Shown piece by piece: positions 48,601 to 60,468 of a stretch of DNA of 64,000 nt. The notes below the pieces were generated by a model. That model made no database searches, was not told the origin of the DNA, and saw only the letters and a program-made list of their open reading frames with translations. Within the stretch, counting starts at the first letter, position 1, and every line of letters begins with the position of its first letter. The position numbers and the translations under genes were made by a program. Source of the DNA: Eledone cirrhosa (lineage: Eukaryota); contig OZ024742.1 of the NCBI GenBank assembly GCA_964016885.1, positions 218,736,001 to 218,800,000 on the forward strand, in the 5' to 3' direction.

Positions 48601-48806
48601 AAGGCGCGACGTTATATGTATGTATCTATCTAAAAAGAGAAAGACTAAGAAATATAGAGAGAGATCGCTAAATCGCCTAATGCCGTCCCTAGGGCATTGA
48701 AAATTTGAAATTATTTTTGCTCAGAACACTCCATGAAACATAAGTATTACATGTGTAAAGTTTGAAAACAGTCGGTTGGATGGTTCTCTAGTTTTAGGGA
48801 TTCAAA

Positions 48807-48881
<75 letters not shown>

Positions 48882-48982
48882 CCTCAGTTTTATATATATA
48901 GACTAGCAGAAAACAGCCCACCGGGTGGTTTTCTGCTAGTATATATATATATATTACACACACAGAAATGTATATATATTTC

Positions 48983-49013
<31 letters not shown>

Positions 49014-50364
49014 TACACACACAGAAATGTATATATATTTCTGTGTGTATATATATATATTTCTGTGTGTGTATATATATATATATTACACACACACAGA
49101 AATGTATATATGTTTCTGTAGCACTCCTCAATTCCCCCCTCTCTCCCTCCCGCTATCCCCCTCTTGTAGTCTGTCTCTTTCTTTCACTCTCACTCTCTCT
49201 CTATGCGTGCGCAAAAAACATTCGCACGCGCGCACGTGTTTTAGCGTCTATTCACTCCCTCTCCCTCCTGCTATCCCTCTCTCGTAGTCTGTCTGTCTAT
49301 TTCACTCTCACTCTCTCTCTCTACGCATGCGCAAAAAACATTCGCACGCGCGCACGTGTTTCCACTGTCGGACAGACAGACAGAGAAATTGCTGGTTATA
49401 TATTATAAGGAAATATGGCAATGAAAGGGTTAAATGTGGAATGTTAGAAATGAGTTGTTAATAAAATTATAAAGTAAATTAATTACCTTTATGAAGAAAC
49501 AAACCTTGTGTGTGTGTGTGTGTGTGAAAAGTAAAAGTAAACAACACAATAAATGATACAGAACAATGAAAATATATATTAATTTAACACTAGATATAGT
49601 AGGAAATGTCTTACACACACACAACACACGCACACTCACAACACACACACACTCACACACTCACACGTACATTGCTTTTACAATTTTGCTACTGTGCTGT
49701 AAATATTCAATGTTGATTCCATTTAATTAAATTGTCACAATAATACATGACTGCCCCAACCCTCTTTCAAAAGATCCTTTGGAATTCTTTAATCGACTCA
49801 ATTTTTCAGTGCTTTCATTGGGATCCCTGCAATTTCTAATAATGTGCTTTTCTGTAAGATCCCACACTTCTCGAGCCATTATTTCATTTCCTTTGGTTTA
49901 GTGAATTGGCAGTATCGGTAGAGGGTCGGACGCCATGCTTTGACGCATAGAGTTACGGCCCTTGCCCTTCTGAGTTCAAATCCCGCCGAGGTTAACTTTG
50001 CCTTTCATCCTTACGGGGTTGATAAAATAAAGTACCAGTAATACACTGGGAAATTGCTGGCCTTGTGCCAAAAGTAGAAACAATTATTTCATTTCCTTTG
50101 AGAAGGTACCAAGAATTCCCACTACAACTTGTAGGTCACAGCATGATAGATACAGTGAATATGCAAAAACTGACTTACCCCTCGTATGTTGCTGCCCTGT
50201 TAATAAAGATATAACAGTTTTAGAGTTATTTAGGCTGACCATATCAATGCATATTGTTACAAGTATTTATAAAACGTGAAAAATAAAGTTTCATTTTAAA
50301 CATCACATCATTTCATCTGACACCTTAATATATCTAATATTGTTGCTCTCTACAATGTATGTGA

Positions 50365-50454
<90 letters not shown>

Positions 50455-50664
50455 CGAAGGAAATGTGGTAAGGAACCAGGTGGACCATAACGCACCAAAG
50501 TACTCAATACTTAGGGTAGTAGAGTAGGTAATAGGAACAAGTAAGACCCCGACGGCTGAGCTCGAGCCGTTTCGACGGCTAATTCTGTACTGAATTAGTA
50601 CAGAATTGAGTACAGAATTAGCCGTCGAAACGGCTCGAGCTCAGCCGTCGGGGTCTTACTTGTT

Positions 50665-50739
<75 letters not shown>

Positions 50740-53700
50740 AAGTTCAGCTCTAAGCACAATGATGTCTCTTGGATCACTGACCTAGGTTGACCCCAGTCCC
50801 ATCGAGTAAGAGCAAGAAGAAGAATATTCATTCATCCATCCATCCATCTATCTATCTACCCCGTTTGTGAGGCGAGCCTTTCCCAGACTCGTCTCACTCA
50901 CCGAGCTGCAATCCTGGGTCGGTCAAGCAAAGATCAAGAAAACTGGGTGCCTGGCACACCGAGTGTGCCCAGGCGCTCACAGCTCTCAGGCAGGCGGACC
51001 CGACTGTCAGTGGAGATCCACCTCGTCATTCTATAGAGGGCTGGTGGTTAGCAGGTGCGACGACGCCCTCGTAGAATCCCTAGGCACGGAGGAAAACGAA
51101 CTGGCCAACCTGTTCGGTAGGACATTCAGCCCGGGACCTATGAATAACTTCCAGAGGTCCCTGGCCTGGCAGTGCTACCGAGGGGCTCTGCCCGTTCGAG
51201 AAATGCTCTACAGACACGGGCGCCCGGGTAGGGACCCCTCGAAAAAGATCTGTCCCAGATGCGTGTGCGACGAGGAAACCGTTGCACACGCATTGGTACA
51301 CTGTTCGGGCATTGCCGATCTGTGGGGCTATGTCGAACGACTGCTGTCACGGGTGGGGGTGGGGGGATCCGGTTGACCACCGAGTCTATTGTAACGATCA
51401 AGCCGCCCCCCGTCTTCAAATATGAAGGAGAGGCGGTGTTTTTGTGCGTAATAGCCATGGTGAAAGAGGTTGTATGGTGGACGCGTCTGAAAGGACTGAG
51501 GTCAGACACCTTTCTCTCTGGCCAACAACTGGTCCGTTTCTTCCGATATCATTTCGGAAGAAGAATCAGGATGGAGAGAGAGGTGCTGCACCCCAGCCGT
51601 TTTTATGAAAGATGGATGAAAGTGGCGAGAATGGCCCGTGTGAATGGGCCTTCACTCTACATCAGACTGTAGGTGAGAAAGATGAAAGATCAAGGGAGCA
51701 CCCTCTCTCTGTTCCTGAGGAGAAGGGTTGCACACTTTTTTCGGGGGTGTGTGCGATCCCCCATGGCGCCTCCTCCCTATTGAGGATTTTGTTATTCAAT
51801 TTATTTTTGTTATATTTTATATTTTATATTTTTATATCTTGTTATTGCCTCCTCCTTATTGAGGACGCCTTTTTATGTAAACTCCCCTCATTGTACTTGT
51901 CCCACTTTTTGATGCCCTGGTGGCAAATAAAAAGAAAGTTATCTATCTATCTATTTATCTGGGTGATTTGAAATTTGAAAATGTGTGAATCTTAAACGCA
52001 GAAAATAACTATAACAATAGTTGATTGCTATAGATAATAGCTTAGAACATCAGGTAGAGTACGCCTATAAGCAGAAAAAGTGGCTAGTATTCTACTGGCC
52101 ACGTTTTCTTGTCTGTAAGGGATTTTTTTCAGTGTGGCATTCAAGATATTTGGGAGAGCCACTGCCTTTGCTTTACTATCTATCATCCGAGGTAATATTA
52201 GCTTATCTTAAACATGACTAGAGGGAAATTCCAGTCCCTCTTGTAGAATATGATTGAGTGTGCATGTCTTCTCCCAATTTTTATTTTTATATACATTTTT
52301 TTTTATACTCTGTGTAAATAATATGTTTTCCTTTTCATTAAAAATGAACACAGATGATGAGCAAGAAAGAATCTATTTCAAAAATACAAATCAAAATATT
52401 TATCTTTAAGTGGTGTTAAACCATTACCATCTGTTTACTGTTGAACAATAAATAATTATTGTCAACTCTAAAAAAAAGCAAATAAACTATTCTACCATAT
52501 AGAGAAACAGTAAGGTGATGCAAATAACATGTTAGGTGAGTCATACAAAAAATACAATATTACATTTTTTCTATATCCAGGACTATATTTTTAGTTTGGA
52601 GTTCTATTTAATTTTAAGTGTGATCTGAATAAAATTCTACTTCTATTCAATACCGATCGAACTACGGCAGAGAAGCTTCCTTCATTGGCTCGCTATGATT
52701 CAGACTGTGAAATATGGCATTATATTTCATTCTTTATATTTCACTGAACTGATGGAAGAAATATACGGGAATATCCTACCGCCGCCCCTCCCAAGCCTGA
52801 TTGAAAAAGGAGGGGCGCTGATTATGGGATGTAAGAAAGAAGACGGATGAATTAGATGACAAAGCAAAGGAATGTGTGAAGTCATCAATACCAATGGACA
52901 AGATGAGGCCCACTAAGTGGAGCACAACTAGAAGTGATCGGTAGTGGATGTGACACGCTACTGACAGAGGACGTATCTTTCAGTGGTTGATTGGGGGCTG
53001 GGGCGGATGGCGATATGGAGGGAGATGAAGGTGGTTACTGTGGAGGAAATCGTACGGACGCTGAAAGAGATATTCTAGGAGCGGGACCCAGTGGATGAAC
53101 TGTTGATGGATAACAGCATGGCGGTTCGTTCGGAGGTGCTGGGTGGAATGTAAGCCGCTTCTTCAGAGAGGCGTACAGGCCGAGTGGAAATGGGATCGTG
53201 GACGTGGAGAGATACCATCGCACAATCAAGGCTATGGCGGGGAGGGAACACATTTCACCAATGGAGGCGGTGTTCTGGTACATGTCTCCTCGGGTGGAAC
53301 AGGCCAAGGAGTCGGGGCCACACAGGGTGATATATAGGTATGAATGGCGACATCCATGCACGTTATTACAATGACCTGTGTAAAAAAGAGAGCATGCATT
53401 CGCACAAGTGGGTGAGGGAGTCTGGGTCAAACCCCAAAATGTGCGCTGCACATCTCAGTTGGGAAAGGGAACCGTAACGGTTGTAAATTTCCGAAACAAC
53501 GTATCTGTGGATGGAATGCCGTGTCATGTCTTGAATGTCGTTGGTTTCACGGACTTCGGAATGAAAACGCCACCCTGACTTTGCGGAGAGCGCAACGGGA
53601 ATGCCGCTCACCCAAGTGGACGATGGACTTTAACATAGAGCGAGATGATGGGGTGATTGATCCTTGAGATAAGGGGGTGTGTGGGGCTAGGGAGCCGGAC

Positions 53701-54744
53701 GAAGATCTTGCTGGAAGTGAGGGGCCAGTAACGTCATATAGGAAGTGCGGGCCGGGTCTCTCTCTTGGTCCATGTGCGACAGAGCGTGGACGTTCTTTGA
53801 TGACTGGTGCAAATGAGTGTTTGAGTTCAGCTATGTTCTCTGGCCAGATGCGAAACAGGTGAGCATCACGCAGGGAGATTCAGATCGGACACGAGTGGAG
53901 ACGCAAAGGTAGGTCCCATCGTTTCTTATGACAATCCTCAATAATCATATGCAAATGAGGTACAACATTCTGCAAACAATTTCCTAACATGTAGCAGCGA
54001 GACCTCCACCCCCACCGCACTCCCTTCTAAAAGCCCACACAACTCACACTGACTCTAATTGGTGATCTGTGAGAGTGGTGTGGTATTCAACTATGTAGAT
54101 GCTGGTGAACTGGATTTATATTTAGCCGTTACTTGTATCAAAAAGTATCTAACTAGACATAAGCCGATAGATTCTTGTTCAATCCAACTCAAACAAGGGA
54201 GAACACCTATTATTATTACATCATAGGGCTGTGGATTGGCAGTATCGGTAGAGGGTCGGACGCCATGCTTTGACGTGTAGAGTTACGGCCCTTGCCATTC
54301 TGAGTTCAAATCTTGCCGAGGTTAACTTTGCCTTTCATCCTTATGGGGTCGATAAAATAAAGTACCAGTAATGCTCTGGGTAATTGCTGGCCTTGTGCCC
54401 AAAGTAGAAACAATTATAAGGGCGCGACGTTATATGTATGTATCTATCTAAAAAGAGAAAGACTAAGAAATATAGAGAGAGATCGCTAAATCGCCTAATG
54501 CGGTCCCTAGGGCATTGAAAATTTGAAATTATTTTTGCTCAGAACACTCCATGAAACATAAGTATTACATGTGTAAAGTTTGAAAACAATCGGTTGGGTG
54601 TTTCTCTAGTTTTAGGGATTCAAACTCACACACACACACAGACATCCTCAGTTTTATATATATAGACTAGCAGAAAACAGCCCACCGGGTGGTTTTCTGC
54701 TAGTATATATATATATTACACACACAGAAATGTATATATATTTC

Positions 54745-54777
<33 letters not shown>

Positions 54778-57700
54778 TACACACACAGAAATGTATATAT
54801 ATTTCTGTGTGTATATATATTTCTGTGTGTATATATATATATTTCTGTGCCAAAAGTAGAAACACTTATTGCATCAGCTGAGGCTAGCTTTGCCTTTCGG
54901 GGTCGATAAAATAAAGTACCAGTAATGCACTGGGATAATTGGTGGCCTTGTGCCAAAAGTAGAAACAATTATTACACCAGCCGTCATAAAGACCCCCAAA
55001 GAACGCTGGTTTGGTTGGACCAAGCCCAAACAGCATTAAAACTACCATCAGTCAAGCAGTTAGTGCTAGCCAAAAAACCACTATGAAAAATACATCTTTA
55101 AATCAAATAACATACGTTATAAACAGGTGGAATCAGTATTGGAATTGCTAAAAGAATAAGTGAACTAACTCGTTTTAGTAAATTTAATAAAATTCGAACA
55201 AAAAGACAGAACACAGAAGGTGATGTGATTCAAATGAAACTCAGGCGTCATCCAATCATGTGAGAATCGTGTGAACAACAGAATATCAAGTGATCAAGTG
55301 ATACGAAGCCTAATGCATGTACTGTCATTCAACATCTTTAAATAATTTCTAGATTTCAGATGATTTGAAGCAGAAAAAAAAAAAGAAAAGTAAGAATGAT
55401 TTTGATATTAACATTATGTCACATGTTGATAGAACCAAATATAAATCCGATCATAAATATCGCATTTGCAACATAAAAATGTTTTGCATTTGGTAAGATT
55501 TCTATTAAGTGGGGATAAAAGAACCACTTTTAAGAAATAAGTAAATCTACAAAAAAAAATTGAGAAAATTAAAATGTAAGATTCTTCAAATATTTATGGA
55601 ACGGGTATAACAAATTTCAATGATCAATGTGAAACGCAAGACTGTTGATATTAAAATGCAAATTAACAATGGCACCCATGCATCTGTAATACCTCAGAAA
55701 CCCTGGAATAATCTACTATATAAATAGTAATTTCTGTCTGTCTGTCTGTAATCAATTGGCGCCTACACCAGTGATCCAATCCTGATGAAACTTTACACAC
55801 ACGTTAAGCTAATATTCAGAAACAAGACTGGCTAATTGGATTTCAATAATGGAACCCCTGGGGACATCTTTACAATGGAGGAGGAAAGAGAAGACCTTTC
55901 AGTGAGAGAGGGGAAAGAGGAGATACCACTACTGTATGTTAAACCCCCCTCCCACTACTACCTTTCATCCTCTCACAACTCAGTCTTCCAAAACGAGGCA
56001 ACAACTTATCAGAAATGTACATAAAGAAATTTCAAACAAAGCAAACGACAATCTCATTTATTCTGAACACCTGCACACACTTAGGTCAAATTAAGGTCAA
56101 CTGCAGGAATCGGTGATAAGTTACAAAAAAGTGTGATGATCAATGACCTAGAAGTTGGCTTACTATGAGATTAGTCCGAAGAATAAAACCCAAATCATAT
56201 GTTGACGAATATTCGTACTCCCGGCATGTTAATTGTAACATGCCGTCTTTGAGAGTAGAGTTTATTTTGTCGATATTTCAAGGTGTCGGATCGTGGGAAG
56301 ATTAACACGAATTAAGATGTAACTTCTCTCGCATTATTGACACGATCTGAGTTCAAATCCCGCCGAGGTTGACTTTGCCTTTCATCCTTACGGGGTCGAT
56401 AAAATAAAGTACCAGTAATGCACTGCGTAATTGCTGGCCTTGTGCCTAAAGTAGAAACAATTATTGACACTTTGCAACAGTGAACGTTACAAGGCCCTCT
56501 TTAGGGCCAACACTTCTGATTGTTTATCCGACTTATTATGGTGTGTTTTCTCGGGTTATGTCTACTATAGGGGGAAAACGGGATGGTTTTATTGAATTGC
56601 TTCAGTCATTCGAAGGGCTTTACAAACAGTAATATACAGGGTGCTTAAACAATAACTGAATATCTTCACTCAGTTATAATTTCTTCAATAATTGCGATGA
56701 TTTCCTCAATTGTTCTGTGTTTGTTCTTGAGCGCTAAGGCAGTAAGTTTGCTATACTTATACTTAAGTTTGTTGAATACGCTCGATACTCTTCGAGCTCA
56801 AACTTCCCCGGTTTATTCACTCTGAATGAAGAAAGCTGGATGGAAGAAGGATGGAAGAAGGTCTATTGATAGTTCCACACAAAATTTGATCTGCCGTAAA
56901 CACACATAGCAAAGGAAGTTATTGAAAATTCAGTATGGTCACCCAGGGTCGCTAGCATTTTCAGGCGCTCTCTGAGAACTGTGAATAACTCCACCTTTCC
57001 CGGGTATTACCGGGTATTGCAGCTAGTTTTTAATAAAGGAAAATTAACAAAATATGAACTGAAACTAAATATATGTGTCTCCCACCTGGCAGGCTGGGAA
57101 ATTTCTTTCTGTTTTATGCAAAAAAGTATCTCAGATTGCTATCTGTTTAAAGTACAATTTGATTGATTGTAGATGATCACGTGATTAAGTATAGAGTTTT
57201 GTGATTTTTATGCCAACAATCGATGATCACATGATTGGGAATAGCATTTTGTTGTGATTTTTGCGCCCAAAATTGGAAGTATCATGGTTCAGTGAACGTG
57301 GCAGGTGACAATCCCACACTTGTACAAAGGAACCCCATAAAGAAGGAGAGGATACTCAACAGGTAGTTGTTATTCAAACTCTAAACCAGTTATGTAAAAC
57401 CTTTGAAACGGTAATGTTTAAAAGGCCAAATCAAAACTTAAAACCAGCAGAATCTACAACGACAAACTCACTTAGTGAAAAGCATTCCCAGCCATATTTG
57501 GATATATAGCTTGCACATTCGCCTTTTGGAATTTTCTAAAAAAAACAACAACGCATATATCTATATATAAATTTGAGCGACTTCCATCCGTCACACAATA
57601 TGTGTGTAAAAGGAAGGAAGGGGATGGTGAAAAACTATAGCAAAACAGCGGCTGGCGTTCCATTTGCTACGCTGTGTGTGAGTGTATGTGTTTGTGTGAA

Positions 57701-58897
57701 TGTAGGTGCGTGTTTGTGTTAATGTATGTGTATTTGTGTGAATGTATGTCTGTGAGTGTTTTTGTAAGTGGGTGGAAAAATCGACCACAGAAGAAGAAAA
57801 CAATTTATTTATAATATTTTTATATTCTTCACTGATCGTCTGCTGCCTGCATCAGACGCAAAGAGAGAGGAATAATATGAGGTAGTCATAACAACAGTGG
57901 TAGCAGCACTCCGTTTTTGTTGTTTTTTTTAAAGGAGTGAAGTGAAATAAAGATTCGTGTAATGATGAATTTTAAATAAAAATACACGTCAGCGTGTTGA
58001 AGAAAATTGTAGTATATGAAAAGTGGCTCATTTCAACTCCGAACATTCTCCTTAAACAAATTTAAGATAAAGCCTATCTAGAATAAACATGATGTATGGA
58101 CAATCTAGATTAAAATACGGTTTGAACTTCCACAAAATATTTGTTATATATCTGGAAATGTTATTTGGATTACTGCCTCATCATATGGACGCATATATTG
58201 AATCAACTCAATGAATTCAAGGCCCTAATTAACACCATCAATGATAATATCCAATTCCCAATGGAATATAGTCGAGGCCAACACCCATTCCTGGACATCC
58301 TAATCATAAAAAAAGACACAAACCAACGAAGAATACATAGAGCAAACCAAACTCACTCTCAAAAACAGAATGACAATTCGTCACCAACAGTAAGGAGACC
58401 CCGCCACATGACAAATACCACTTAGTGTGCATTTAAACTTAGGCGCAACAAATACGCCTCTCAAATTTCAGGTCTTTCCACTTTATCTTTGTCCAGACAA
58501 TACCACAGACCAAACACGAATAAATAATGAAAATATATTTATTCAGAAATACAAACCACGTCTGAATAAACTATAACGAGAAACATTTACGAAGAACTAT
58601 CCACTCACACACATACACACATGCAAATACACGTAACATTCTTGTTCATTTTGGTAATGGAACTATTATAATTATTGCTACACTTATTATTATGTTAACA
58701 CATGACTCTCTGTATCCCGTTTGTTAGTTTTCTTATCAGTATGCTTGAATGAGGACAGATGCGAGTAGAACCTTTGTTTAAATCAGTCCTGCACCATGCA
58801 CACATATTTTTCGCTGGTTTGTAGCTGGTTGATGTTGGTTTATTTAATCGCTACCTCGTAGATGATGGACTTTACATTACGTATACATCGCTACTCC

Positions 58898-58975
<78 letters not shown>

Positions 58976-60395
58976 CTCTCTCACGTACAATTCTTGTTCA
59001 TTTTGGTGATCTAATCATTATTAATATTAATAAAAGGCCGGTGGATTGGCAGTATCGGTAAAGGATCAGACGCCATGCTTTGCAGCCTAGAGTTACGGTC
59101 CTTTACGGTCTGAGCTCAAATCCCGCCGAGGTTAACTTTGCCTTTCTTCCTTACGGGGTCGATAAAATAAAGTACCAGTCACGCATTGGGGTAGATTTAA
59201 TCGACTGCCCCCCCCCTACCCCCAACCCCCGCAAAAAAATGTCATGGCCTTGTGCCTATATAAGAGACCATTATTAATATTAATAAAGAATTATTACTAT
59301 TGTTATTATTTATTTTACTTGTTGTTACGTGACCCTTCATGTTTCGACGTAGCAGAAATTATTTCTGCACACACACACACACACACACACACAAAGTTTC
59401 TGTATGTTTGATTTTTGTGGGGATTGTGACGAACCATTCTAGAGACTTGACGCAACAAAACACTGACACCTATGATATTTTACTTGATTAGGGGACTGGT
59501 TTTAGTTTTTACTTTGGTTTGAAATATGATGCCAATGTCCGACATACTCGGTGTAGTGGTAAGGTCCAGAATTTCTGCATATAAGTTCGCTGTTTAGCTG
59601 AGCCATTTCACCATTTTTAATTCTTATACTAGCGATTTCTAGTCGAAAGCAATTATCTGGAGAAAGACTGCTTCCAGCATTAGTACGCACCCTTGTAATA
59701 GATAATATATATTTTCTATATAAGCGGTGAATTGGCAGAGTCATTAGAATGTCAGATAGAGTATTTTGCAGTATTCGCTTTGGTTCTCTGTTCTTTGAGT
59801 TCAAATGTTGCCGAAGTCAACTTTGCTTTTCATCCATTCCAGATAATAAAAAAGGTACCAATCAAGTACTGAGGTCAATTCTTCCTATAAATCTCTTTCC
59901 CACTTCCATTTTCTCACTCTCTATACTTCTATAGAAGACATCTGCTGTATTCAGATCTGGAGAGGGGGTGTGCTCTACACTGTCAATACGGTGCCCTACG
60001 ACCCCCTCGGGATTTACATGTCGGGACTATGCATGCATGTACTATTACTATCAAAGACTCTTGTCGTACATTTACGCATTGGTAACTGATACGTAGTCCC
60101 AACATACGATGTCAGAGTATATCTATATCTATATAAAATATAAAAGGGAGGTGATGGCGCATCACACAAAAAACGCAAATTGGCAATCGAAAAGTACGTA
60201 CAGCAATGGAATAAAGGTATACCCAGGAAGGTTTATTGATACTCATTTAAAAAAATTAAAAAAACGTTCCGGGTATGCTAACCACCAGACTCCTATTTCT
60301 AACAGGTTGGGGGACAAACACTGGGATTCTCTCTGTGCGTTCTTTGTCAGCAATGATCGTGTTTCGCGGCCAGTGTCTCAGTAAACGCTGGTTTA

Positions 60396-60468
<73 letters not shown>

